64,000 nt of DNA from Candidatus Eiseniibacteriota bacterium. GTDB taxonomy: Bacteria; Eisenbacteria; RBG-16-71-46; CAIMUX01; VGJL01. This document shows, in pieces, positions 20,315 to 29,534 of this stretch (position 1 is the first letter of the stretch; every line of letters starts with the position of its first letter). The stretch is from assembly GCA_963792585.1 (NCBI GenBank), contig CAWBWI010000006.1, positions 1,006,009 to 1,070,008 on the forward strand. The letters run 5' to 3'. The notes beneath the pieces were generated by a model. That model saw nothing but the letters and a program-made list of their open reading frames with translations. It searched no databases and was not told where the DNA came from. A program made the position numbers and the translations under genes.

Positions 20315-20524
20315 GAACACCTCCAATAGATGCTCTGATTCATGATATGCGCAAACATCATAGCAGAGAGAGCGCGATTCGTTCAAAGCCGTTCCCAGTA
20401 CACCGATTCCCTCCGGGACCTGGAGCTGACCGAAGGGTCAGCAGCGGCCGTCGCGACAAATATCCAAGAAACTGATCTAATAATGATCATGCCATTAGGC
20501 CAACTCACGATTCGACCCGAGAGG

Positions 20525-23404
20525 CTATCTCCCGATGCCTCCGAGCGACGCGAATGAGGCCCAATGCCATGGATGGGGACGCCGGATCATGAGGGAACGC
20601 ATCGCGCGGCCCAGCGCGATCGCCGGGGCGTCCCCCGTCGCGAACGAATCGTAGAAGAACTCCATCAACTCGAGGGTCGGGTCGTCCTGGATCGGCCAGA
20701 GACTCGCAACGACCGAGGAGGCACCCGCCTGCAGAAAGCCTCGAGCAAGCCCGATCCACTCGTCCCCTACGGGAGCGGCGCCCCGGCCCGAAGAGCAAGC
20801 CGTCAGCACCACCGTGGACGAGGGAAGGCGAAAGTCCGCCAGGTCGTGAACGAAGAGCGGCCCATCCGCCAACTGGACGAAGGAGTAGGCAGGGTTGTCG
20901 CGACGCAGCATTCCGTGGGCCGCGATGTGGATGAGGTGCGCCCGTCGACCTTCCCGGCGCATGCTTTCGATCGTGGGCGCGAGGTCGGAGTGAATCTCCC
21001 AACCGGGCAGGTTTGCCTGAACGCGCTCCACCTCGACCGCCACCGAAGGCAGTAGATCCGAAGGGACCCCCGCGACGAAGGCGGCCCTCCCTGCGCGCGC
21101 CGGAGCGGGAGGAAGTGCGCGCCAGATACGCGCGCTGGGGACGATGGCGATGTCCGTCCGCTCGGCGATGTAGCCGTCGCGGCCCCGCAGAGCATGAAGC
21201 GGCACGCGATGGATCGCTCCGTGCGGAGAGACGATCCAGCGCAATGACGCATCCACGCCCATCTGCTCGAGAGGCTCCCAGAGGAGTCCGTGGAGCTCCG
21301 CGAGAATCGCGTCGGCGGAGGATTGAAGACGCCGCTCCGCGGCGCTCGGCGCACACGATTCGGTGGCGGCCAATTGCGCGCCGCGCACGCTCGTCATGGC
21401 CGCAGCGGTCCACTGGAAATCGAGTCGGTCGGTCAGACGGGCGAGCCGTGCGCCGAGATCGTTCGCCAGGCGGCGCCAGACGGAGCCATCGCGGGTCACG
21501 GCGAGCGCCACTGAGAAATCAGGCCCGATGTGGTAGGCGAGGAAGCCCCAACCCCGTGGGAGATCACGTTGGAGTTCCGGTAGCGAGGGGGGCTCTCCGC
21601 TTCCGATCCGGTCGCGACCGGATCGACGCTCTCGATCCTCGCGCAGGGCCTTGCTCCACTCCCCCTCCGTGGCGATCAAGCGCGGGCGGAGCTCGATTGC
21701 GCGCGCGCGATCCTCGGGCGAGCCGAGTTCCAGGCGGGAGATCCGCGCGTGCAGCCAGGCAAGCCGACGCCGCGCAGCGGTGAGGCGACGATCCCGCGGC
21801 CTCTCCCCCTCGAAGAGGTAGGCATCGGGGTCGCGCAGGCGATCCCAGAGGCTCTGGGCGCGGGCGCGTTCCGTCCACTCGAACAGCCGATCGATCGAAG
21901 GCCGCGGGCGATCGATCTCGATCGCGAGGAGACGGTCGTGGAGGTGGTTCTTGTCGCCGAGGAAGGCGATCTTCGAGTCTTCGGTCGGGATTCGAGAGCG
22001 CAGATCCTCGAGTCGGGTCAGGGCGTTTCGGTAGGAGCGGCTCGCCTCGCCGGACTTGCCGGCTTGCTCCTGCGCCCTACCGAGCGCCTCGAGCAACCGA
22101 TAGGCGGGGATCGGATAGACCTGCTGGGGCAGGCGACGGAGCAGCCGGCGAAGCCGGGGAATTCGCTCCTCTCCCGTCTCCCGCCGCTCGAGCAGCTCAT
22201 CCAGAAGAACGGTTGCCGTCGACTCCCATCGGATCAGACCGAGCCGCTCGAAGGCATCGATGGCGGCGCGCACGCGTCGCTCCGCCTCGGCGCGCCCCCC
22301 GCGCCGGCGCAGCGCCTCCCCTTTCAGCATGTCCATCAAGGCGACACGGGGCGCGTTCTTCTCCTTCCGGAAGAGTCTCTGGCCCCGCCGGATCCGATCG
22401 AGCGCCGTCGGGAGATCCCCGAGCGCCATGCTCGAGAGGGCCTCCTGGCTGAGAGCCAACGCCTCGTCGTATGCGAGCCCCTCTTCAGCGAACAAGGGGA
22501 TCGCCTGTCTCGAGAGATCGAGCGCCTCCTGATGGAGGTTCAACTGGTGGTAGATCTCGGCTCGGTTGAGAAGACACTCCGCTTCGAACGCAGGATGCTC
22601 TGTTTGGTGGAAATAGGTGGTCAAGAGGCTTATCTCTCGGAGTGCCTTGCCAAAATCCGCCCTTTGAGCGTGCACATAGGCGGCATTCATCCGAACTTGG
22701 GCCTGGAGAACCTCGAAACCGCGCTTGCCGGTTTCCTTCTCCAGCCGCTCGAAAAGGGCCAGCGCCTCTTCGTCTCGGTCGAGCTGGCTCAGGGCGACCC
22801 CTCGATTGACTTCCAATCCGAGGACCGTTTCGTCCCGGATGCGAAGCCTGCGAAAGATCTCCGAGGCCCGTTCGATCTCCTCGAGCGCCGGGCCGTAGCG
22901 GTCGTGCTGGAAGTGGCTCGAGCCGAGGTTCATGGCGAGCTTGGCCAGATAGGTCTGATCCCCCGCCTCCTCGAGATTGCGGCGGGCTTCGATCACGGCT
23001 TTCTCGGCGTCGCGATGGCGGCCGAGGAGCGAGAGGACATGGACGGCGCCGACGAGGAGTTGACCGAGAAGGCCCGGAGCACTCGCCCGCCGCCAGGCCT
23101 CGGCAGCCTGGGTGTAGGAGGCATTGGCATCACGCATCCGACCGGAGAAGAGGAGCGACTCGGCCACCGCGCGGTGGCCCCAACCGAGGGAGAGGGGATC
23201 GCCGAGAAGCTCGGCGAGTTCGAGGGCGCGCGAGGCGATCCGCCGGGCGGCGGAAGCATCGGTGTGGTAGAAAGGGACCGCCTCCATCCGGAGGGCCTGA
23301 ACCCAGCCGGCTCCGGTCCCAGGTAGTCCTTCCCGAACGCGCCTCCCTAGCTCCTGGGAGGAGGCATCAACCAGATCCTTCGTGCTCGGAGGACTACCGG
23401 TCAC
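20525..23404 (-). CDS. TPR-CHAT protease #2
   Basis: TPR region, SPHGAIHRVPLHAL, catalytic His (IHIAAHG) and Cys (LTACSSG), VASLWPIQD, HPWHWASF. Start overlaps the upstream stop (GTGA). Confidence 0.9.
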   Translation of the reverse strand: MTGSPPSTKDLVDASSQELGRRVREGLPGTGAGWVQALRMEAVPFYHTDASAARRIASRALELAELLGDPLSLGWGHRAVAESLLFSGRMRDANASYTQAAEAWRRASAPGLLGQLLVGAVHVLSLLGRHRDAEKAVIEARRNLEEAGDQTYLAKLAMNLGSSHFQHDRYGPALEEIERASEIFRRLRIRDETVLGLEVNRGVALSQLDRDEEALALFERLEKETGKRGFEVLQAQVRMNAAYVHAQRADFGKALREISLLTTYFHQTEHPAFEAECLLNRAEIYHQLNLHQEALDLSRQAIPLFAEEGLAYDEALALSQEALSSMALGDLPTALDRIRRGQRLFRKEKNAPRVALMDMLKGEALRRRGGRAEAERRVRAAIDAFERLGLIRWESTATVLLDELLERRETGEERIPRLRRLLRRLPQQVYPIPAYRLLEALGRAQEQAGKSGEASRSYRNALTRLEDLRSRIPTEDSKIAFLGDKNHLHDRLLAIEIDRPRPSIDRLFEWTERARAQSLWDRLRDPDAYLFEGERPRDRRLTAARRRLAWLHARISRLELGSPEDRARAIELRPRLIATEGEWSKALREDRERRSGRDRIGSGEPPSLPELQRDLPRGWGFLAYHIGPDFSVALAVTRDGSVWRRLANDLGARLARLTDRLDFQWTAAAMTSVRGAQLAATESCAPSAAERRLQSSADAILAELHGLLWEPLEQMGVDASLRWIVSPHGAIHRVPLHALRGRDGYIAERTDIAIVPSARIWRALPPAPARAGRAAFVAGVPSDLLPSVAVEVERVQANLPGWEIHSDLAPTIESMRREGRRAHLIHIAAHGMLRRDNPAYSFVQLADGPLFVHDLADFRLPSSTVVLTACSSGRGAAPVGDEWIGLARGFLQAGASSVVASLWPIQDDPTLELMEFFYDSFATGDAPAIALGRAMRSLMIRRPHPWHWASFASLGGIGR

Positions 23405-24057
23405 TCATCCAGGCCTGCTTCCAGGTCGATCGGATCGCTGACCAACTCCCGGCCGGCCCACGCAATCCGTATCCGGACCGGGCCACCGGGGATCCCATCG
23501 ATGCGGAACTCCCCCGTCTCGGAGAGGCGCCCCCGGGGCGATCCCTGCTCGACCTCGACACGAACCACCCCACCCCGGAGGCGATCCGCCGGGTTCGAGG
23601 GCACCAGTTGACCGATCACCGTATAGGATCCGGAACCGGCCTCCACCTGGAGGTGGAGACTCCCGAGTGGTGATTCGAACATGAGCTGCCGATGCTCGGA
23701 GACTGCGGAGCCCCGGATTCCCTGCATGGACGCGCCGATCGCCGTGTCGAGGACGAGTCCCAGGCGGACCTCCTCGAGGACCCGCCGGACCTTCTCCTTC
23801 ACCGCACCGATCGCGGTGCGGGACGTCTGCCCCTGCCGGAGCGCCGCGATCTTCTCGAGCGCGGAATGAACGAACGCCTCCGGGGCCACAGACAACGGCG
23901 GGACGCGCAGGGCGGCCAGGATCTCTCTGGTCGAGGCGACCCTCTCGGAACATCGCTCGCAGCCCGTCTCGAGATGGCGGCGGACCTGCTCCACGGCCGG
24001 CGCATCGTCCGACTCGCAATACTCCAACAGGTTCTCGTCGCTCGGATGCCGGTTCAT
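23401..24057 (-). CDS. Soluble putative anti-sigma #2 with zf-HC2-like motif and C-terminal beta domain
   Basis: MNRHPSDENLLEY...HLETGCERC (ZAS/zf-HC2-like). SD GGAGG. No transmembrane segment. Confidence 0.75.
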   Translation of the reverse strand: MNRHPSDENLLEYCESDDAPAVEQVRRHLETGCERCSERVASTREILAALRVPPLSVAPEAFVHSALEKIAALRQGQTSRTAIGAVKEKVRRVLEEVRLGLVLDTAIGASMQGIRGSAVSEHRQLMFESPLGSLHLQVEAGSGSYTVIGQLVPSNPADRLRGGVVRVEVEQGSPRGRLSETGEFRIDGIPGGPVRIRIAWAGRELVSDPIDLEAGLDE

Positions 24058-24124
24058 GGCTCGCCCCTCCAGGAAGGTGGTGTTCTGTTTGCTCGGCGGC
24101 TCCCTGTGAGATTGTCATTCGAGA

Positions 24125-24151
24125 AGTCGACCTAGGAGCTGGGCTGATACA
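24125..24151 (-). promoter_or_regulatory. Putative ECF-sigma promoter upstream of anti-sigma #2
   Basis: TGTATC-N18-ACT immediately after the sigma #2 stop, in the same position as the module 1 copy. Confidence 0.55.
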
Positions 24152-24156
24152 CGCCT

Positions 24157-24810
24157 CTAACCGGTCCACCCCCGTTCCTCGTAGATGCGGCGCATCTTCT
24201 CCAAGCAGCGGGCCCGGGTGGGACCGATGCTCCCGACCGGAAGCCCCTCCCGACGGGAGATCTCCCCATAGTCGGGGGAAGGATCTTCGTAGAAGAGAAT
24301 CTGAAGCAGGCGACGGCAACGCCCCGGCAGTCTCTCGAGCGCCTCCGCGATCTGCTGGGCCCGCTCGAGTTCCACCCGGCTGTGATCCGGCAGATCCCCC
24401 GAGTCGGGAGGATCGACCATGACGCGGCCCGAGCCCTCGTCCCCCTCTTCCAAGGCGGTCTCCCGCGCACGGGTCCGCGAGCGGATTCGGTTGATCGCCT
24501 GGCGGTAGGTGATCCCAACGATCCAGGAGGCAAGGCTCTCGCGGTTTCGTAGCCTGCCCAGGTCCGCGTAGATCACGAGCATCGACGATTGAAAGGCATC
24601 TTCCTGGTCTTCATCGGGCAGACCGACCTTCAGAATCGTCGAGTAAATTAGGTTCGCATAGCGCCGGAGGAACTCCTCCCATGACTCGGGTCGTTGGGCG
24701 ATGCAAGCGTCGATCAACTCGATCGCGGTGAGGGCGCGCAAGGCGGCGGAAGTTCCACCGGGCAGGAAGGATCGCTTCCGCCCTGGTCGCGACGAGGCCT
24801 CGTTCGGCAT
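24157..24810 (-). CDS. ECF-type sigma factor #2
   Basis: WEEFLRRYANLIY...EDAFQ...LRNRESLASW, and DYGEISRREGLPVGSIGPTRARCLEK. Same subfamily as #1 (shared GSIGPT.ARCL). Confidence 0.9.
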   Translation of the reverse strand: MPNEASSRPGRKRSFLPGGTSAALRALTAIELIDACIAQRPESWEEFLRRYANLIYSTILKVGLPDEDQEDAFQSSMLVIYADLGRLRNRESLASWIVGITYRQAINRIRSRTRARETALEEGDEGSGRVMVDPPDSGDLPDHSRVELERAQQIAEALERLPGRCRRLLQILFYEDPSPDYGEISRREGLPVGSIGPTRARCLEKMRRIYEERGWTG

Positions 24811-24920
24811 GCGGCTACAGTAGCATACGCAGGGCTCCAGAGGAGCCAAGGAGACAGCACCGCGCTTCCCCCTTCATGACCGGCCTGCTGGGGAAAGTGG
24901 CGCCTCGTGATCGGAACGCA

Positions 24921-25220
24921 TCATTCGTCGCCGTTGAAGGGCGGGTACTGGTCGGTCATGAAGCTCGTGTAGGCATGGACACGCGCGTGCCACCGATAGT
25001 ACTTCACCAGGATGTTGAAGAGATCTCGCGGGAAGACGCCCGTGAAGAGGACCGCGAACCAGGCGATCACCAAGATCACGAACGCCACGATGCCGTAGAC
25101 CGCCAGGCAGATTCCATGGGGGATCCCGACATAGAGGGGCGCGAAGAGGGTCCGCAGGATCAGGATTCCGCGCGAGAGCCGCTCGGGGTACTCGATCTCG
25201 AGGTGGACGGGATAGGGCAT
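24921..25220 (-). CDS. DUF4389-like small membrane protein
   Basis: YPERLSRG...IAWFAVLFTGVFP...RWHARVHAY...TDQYPPF. Confidence 0.8.
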   Translation of the reverse strand: MPYPVHLEIEYPERLSRGILILRTLFAPLYVGIPHGICLAVYGIVAFVILVIAWFAVLFTGVFPRDLFNILVKYYRWHARVHAYTSFMTDQYPPFNGDE

Positions 25221-25346
25221 GGTTCGAACCTCCTTGGGGCGTCATTCGTTCATGCGGCCGCGCGGGGATTGTCGGGTTCCGGCGACGGGCATGTCCACCG
25301 GGAAGTTGCGCCCGGCCACGTCCGGGTGAGAGATTCGATCCACGCC

Positions 25347-27539
25347 ATGAACTCGGAAGAGAGGACACCGCAAACGCTCGAGGGCGCTCTGGATCGGATC
25401 GTCTACGCGAGCGAGGAGAATGCTTGGAGCGTCGTCCGCGTCGCGGTGCCGGGGCGCCGTGAACCGGTCACCGCGGTCGGGAACCTGCTTGGCGTCCAGC
25501 CCGGAGAGAGCGTTCGGCTGCACGGGCACTGGATTCACGACCCGCGCTACGGTGAGCAGTTCCGCGTCGAGTCCTACGTCACCGTCGAACCGGCCACGCT
25601 GGTCGGAATCGAACGATATCTCGGCTCCGGTCTGGTTCCAGGGATCGGAAAGGTGATGGCCAAGCGGCTCGTCGAGCGGTTCGGCCTCGACACACTCGAG
25701 GTGATCGAGACCAAGCCCGCGCGGCTCACCGAAGTCGAGGGGATCGGCGCGGTGCGCAGCGAGCGCATCCGCAAGGCTTGGAGAGAGCAGCGCGGCATCA
25801 AGGAGGTCATGCTCTTCCTTCAGTCCCACGGCGTGACCACGGCACACGCGGTGCGGATCTACAGGGAATACGCCGAGCGAGCGATTGCGATCGTCAAGGA
25901 GGACCCCTACCGCCTCGCGATCGACATCTACGGGATCGGCTTTCGCACGGCCGACCGGATCGCCATGGACATGGGGATTCCGAAGGACGCGCCGCGTCGC
26001 GCGCAGGCGGGTCTGCTCCACCTGCTCGGGGAGTTCGCGGGCGAGGGACACCTCTACGTTCCGGCGGGAAGGCTCACGGCGGCGGCGACGGAAATGCTCG
26101 GGGTCGAGGCGTCCCTCGTCGAGGAGGCGATCGCCCGGCTCGAATCCTCGGGGTCGGTCATCGTGGAACCGCTGTCGGATGGCCCCGACCGGGCCATCTA
26201 CTTGAAGGCGCTCTACGCCGCGGAGGCCGGAGCCGCAAGACGTCTCGTCGACCTGATCCGGGCCCCCGCGCGGAGCGTTCCGATCGATGTCGAGCGGGCG
26301 CTGGCTTGGTTCGAAGATCAGGAGCGGATCTCCCTGGCCGCGGCACAGCGCGAAGCGATCCGGCTCGCGCTCTCCGAGAAGCTGCTGGTCGTCACCGGGG
26401 GCCCGGGCACGGGCAAGACGACCCTCGTGCGGGGGATCATCCGGATCCTCGAGAGGAAGCGGCAGCGGATCCTCCTGGCCGCGCCGACCGGCCGCGCGGC
26501 GAAGCGATTGAGTGAGTCGACGGGCCGGGATGCGAAGACGATCCATCGGTTGCTCGAGTTCAGCCCCAAGACGGGCGCTTTCGAGCGCAATGCGCAGCAC
26601 CCGCTCGAGGCGGACCTGGTCATCATCGACGAGGTCTCGATGGTCGATCAGGCGCTCGCGCACAACCTGCTGAAGGCCGTCCCCGACCCCACCCGCCTCA
26701 TCCTCGTCGGCGACGTTGATCAACTCCCATCGGTCGGACCGGGAGACTTCCTGCGCGAGGTGATCGACGCCTCGGTCGGCCCCGTCGTCCGGCTCGAGAC
26801 GATCTTCCGGCAAGCGGAGGACAGCCGGATCATCGTCAACGCCCATCGGGTCAATGCGGGGGAGATGCCGCTCCTCGGGGAGGAGGGGGACGCGAGCGAC
26901 TTCTACTTCATCGAGCGGGAGGAGCCGGAAGAGGCGCTGGCCACGATCACGGCCCTCGTGACCGAGAGGATCCCGCGCCGCTTCGGTCTCGACCCGATCG
27001 ACGACGTGCAGGTGTTGACCCCGATGCATCGGGGCGCGCTCGGCACGATCAACCTGAATGCGGCACTCCAAAAGCTGCTGAACCCCGCCGGTGAGGAGAT
27101 CGTTCGGGGCGCCCGGGTGTTCCGCGCGGGCGACAAGGTGATCCAGATGCGCAACAACTACGACCTCGAGGTCTTCAACGGCGACATCGGGCGGATCGTC
27201 TCGATCGACGACGTCGAGCGGGAGATGCGCGTCCGCTTCGACGAGCGGGTCGTCGTCTACGACGCCGCCGCGCTCGATGAGCTGTCGCTCGCCTACGCCT
27301 GCTCGATCCACAAGTCCCAGGGAAGCGAGTATCCCTGCGTCGTCATGCCGCTCCATACGCAGCACTACGTCATGTTGCGGCGCAATCTCCTGTACACGGG
27401 AATCACGCGGGCGAAGCGCCTTCTCGTCCTCGTCGGGACGCGCAAGGCGCTCGCGATTGCGGTGCGCAACCGGCACGTCGACGAGCGCCGGACGCGCCTC
27501 ACCGAGCGGTTGCGGGACGGTCACTTCATCAGCAGATAA
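25347..27539 (+). CDS. recD2: ATP-dependent RecD-like DNA helicase (RecD2/YrrC)
   Basis: HhH repeats, [63 protein letters not shown]. Confidence 0.95.
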   Translation: MNSEERTPQTLEGALDRIVYASEENAWSVVRVAVPGRREPVTAVGNLLGVQPGESVRLHGHWIHDPRYGEQFRVESYVTVEPATLVGIERYLGSGLVPGIGKVMAKRLVERFGLDTLEVIETKPARLTEVEGIGAVRSERIRKAWREQRGIKEVMLFLQSHGVTTAHAVRIYREYAERAIAIVKEDPYRLAIDIYGIGFRTADRIAMDMGIPKDAPRRAQAGLLHLLGEFAGEGHLYVPAGRLTAAATEMLGVEASLVEEAIARLESSGSVIVEPLSDGPDRAIYLKALYAAEAGAARRLVDLIRAPARSVPIDVERALAWFEDQERISLAAAQREAIRLALSEKLLVVTGGPGTGKTTLVRGIIRILERKRQRILLAAPTGRAAKRLSESTGRDAKTIHRLLEFSPKTGAFERNAQHPLEADLVIIDEVSMVDQALAHNLLKAVPDPTRLILVGDVDQLPSVGPGDFLREVIDASVGPVVRLETIFRQAEDSRIIVNAHRVNAGEMPLLGEEGDASDFYFIEREEPEEALATITALVTERIPRRFGLDPIDDVQVLTPMHRGALGTINLNAALQKLLNPAGEEIVRGARVFRAGDKVIQMRNNYDLEVFNGDIGRIVSIDDVEREMRVRFDERVVVYDAAALDELSLAYACSIHKSQGSEYPCVVMPLHTQHYVMLRRNLLYTGITRAKRLLVLVGTRKALAIAVRNRHVDERRTRLTERLRDGHFISR

Positions 27540-27880
27540 CGCATCGAGGCAAGCAGGAGGACCACGCCGAAGATCTTTTTCAGGGTCGCCTGAGGGAGGT
27601 CGAGGGCAAGCTTCGCGCCGAACACGGAGCCGATGAGGATTCCCGCCGCGATCAGGGCGGCCGCCTTCAGGTTCACGTCTCCCGCCTTGTAGTACTTCAG
27701 CATCGCCAGCAGGCCTACCGGCGGGATCAGGACGGCGAGAGAGGTCCCCTGCGCCATGTGTTGGGTGAAGCCGAAAGCGAAAACGAGCAGCGGCACGATG
27801 ATGATCCCGCCGCCGACTCCGGCCAGGCCGGCCAGCACGCCCGCGGCGAGCCCAAGCACGATGAATCCGACGATCTGCAT
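27521..27880 (-). CDS. TauE/SafE (TSUP) family small permease
   Basis: AGLAGVGGGIIIVP...QHMAQGTSL, hydrophobic throughout. Confidence 0.85.
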   Translation of the reverse strand: MQIVGFIVLGLAAGVLAGLAGVGGGIIIVPLLVFAFGFTQHMAQGTSLAVLIPPVGLLAMLKYYKAGDVNLKAAALIAAGILIGSVFGAKLALDLPQATLKKIFGVVLLLASMRYLLMK

Positions 27881-28073
27881 GACGGTTTCTCCTCTGTGCG
27901 GTGCGGAGGGTCCAAGAAGCAACCCGGGCGGAGTCTAGCACGCCCGCCGGCCCCCACGCCGCGCGGCTGCCGCGCGCGGCTGTCCTTCCAACCCCGCCCG
28001 CGTTCATGTATGCTGCATGGCGACATTCAGACGATCTGCATCGTGAATGGTCCAACCGTTCAGGAGGTTCGAG

Positions 28074-28718
28074 ATGGAATCGTTCCGAAAGTCGATCCTC
28101 GAAAGCTCCTCAGACCTGATCGATGGGCTGCTCGCCCACCCCTTCGTGGTCGAGACGGCGAACGGCACGATATCGGATGAGCGATTCCGTCGGTGGCTCG
28201 TGCAAGACTACCTCTGGATCAAGGAATTCGAGCGATTCCTGGCGGTCTTGGGCGCGAGGGCGCCCCAGGAGATCCGCCGCCCCCTCTTCGAGGCGATGAT
28301 GAACCTCCACGGCGAGATCGAGATCTTCGAGGAGATGGCGGCAAGAATCGATGTCGATCTCTTGCAGGCGCGGATGACGCTCGCCTGCAACGCATACTCG
28401 AGCTTCCTCCATGCGACCGTGAGCATGAAGACCTTCGCCGAGGCGCTCTCGGCTTGCTTTGGTTCCGAGTACTCCTACCTCGCCGCGTGGAGTCACGTGA
28501 AGCGGGAGTTGAGAGGGCCGAGCCCCTGGCAGGAGTTCATCGACCTCTGGTCGGGCGAGGAATACGCCGCATGGGTCGATTCCCTCGGCAAGATGATCGA
28601 CTCGATTCCGATTTCTTCGCCACCCATCCTTCTCGATCGCATGAAGGATACCTTCCGCCTCGCGATCCAATACGAGACGCATTTCTGGAACATGGCCTAC
28701 CAGGGATCCGAGTGCTGA
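28074..28718 (+). CDS. TenA-family thiamine salvage protein (possibly TenA_E type)
   Basis: HPFV, FRRWLVQDYLW, EFIDLWS, YETHFWNMAY. SD CAGGAGG. Confidence 0.85.
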   Translation: MESFRKSILESSSDLIDGLLAHPFVVETANGTISDERFRRWLVQDYLWIKEFERFLAVLGARAPQEIRRPLFEAMMNLHGEIEIFEEMAARIDVDLLQARMTLACNAYSSFLHATVSMKTFAEALSACFGSEYSYLAAWSHVKRELRGPSPWQEFIDLWSGEEYAAWVDSLGKMIDSIPISSPPILLDRMKDTFRLAIQYETHFWNMAYQGSEC

Positions 28719-28952
28719 ACGAGGGTGGGACGCGCGCGGCGTTAACGAAGCAGGGGGCCCACCGCATCCTCCACGTCGTCGAAACGATCGCAGAAGAATA
28801 GGCGGGGCCCCCGCAAGCTTCGGCGCAAAGTTTATCAAAGGCCACACATGACGCAAGCCCCTTCCTCACCGTAGCGATCGTAGGTACCATGGCCTCTTGA
28901 CAACCGAGCTCGAAGTGCATCCATGGCTCGAGGAATGGGAGGCAGGATCCGA

Positions 28953-29534
28953 ATGAACCCGACCCAACCAACCCGAGAGCAGGCATGGAACCTGCTCTGC
29001 GAGTACACCCAAACGGACAGCCTCCGAAAACATGCACTCGCTGTCGAGGCGGCCATGAGCGCGCACGCGATTCGTTGCGGAGAAGAGGTCGAGTCCTGGG
29101 GAATTGTTGGTCTTCTCCACGATTTCGACTACGAACGCTGGCCGGATGCGGAAAATCACCCCTTTCGCGGCGCGGAAATCCTCGCGGAGCGTGGGTATCC
29201 GGAAGCATGGCGGCGCGCGATCCTCGGGCATGCCTCCTACTCCGGCGTCCCCCGAGACACGGAAATGGCCCGAACATTGTTCGCCGTCGACGAACTCTGC
29301 GGATTCATCACGGCCGTCGCCCTCGTGCGCCCGACGAAACGCCTGGCGGACGTGGATCCCCGCGCCGTTCGGAAGAAGATGAAGGAGAAGGGGTTCGCTC
29401 GATCCGTCAATCGCGAGGAGATCCTTCAGGGCGCTGCGGAGTTGGGAGTCGATTTCGACGAGCACGTCGCCTTCGTGATCGACGCCCTCCTCCCGATCGC
29501 CGCAGCCCTCGGTCTCGAGGGTGCCGCCGTCTAG
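28953..29534 (+). CDS. HDIG-domain metal-dependent phosphohydrolase
   Basis: KHALAVEAAM, GLLHDFDYE, LFAVDELCGFI, ARSVNRE. Confidence 0.85.
   Translation: MNPTQPTREQAWNLLCEYTQTDSLRKHALAVEAAMSAHAIRCGEEVESWGIVGLLHDFDYERWPDAENHPFRGAEILAERGYPEAWRRAILGHASYSGVPRDTEMARTLFAVDELCGFITAVALVRPTKRLADVDPRAVRKKMKEKGFARSVNREEILQGAAELGVDFDEHVAFVIDALLPIAAALGLEGAAV

Noticed and set aside
20315..20524. Copy of the module promoter motif before S8 #2
   Set aside because: Only a weak TGTACT...CGAAT match. S8 #2 may be read through from the anti-sigma promoter.
24876..25346. N-terminal extensions of RecD2 (and of the S9 peptidase, 31418-31999) in the ORF track
   Set aside because: They overlap real opposite-strand genes, and downstream starts fit family length (with a strong SD for the S9 gene).
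25242..28055. 937-aa minus-strand ORF (also 9608-11764 +, 858-2303 +, 49305-51065 -)
   Set aside because: Shadow ORFs opposite well-supported genes.
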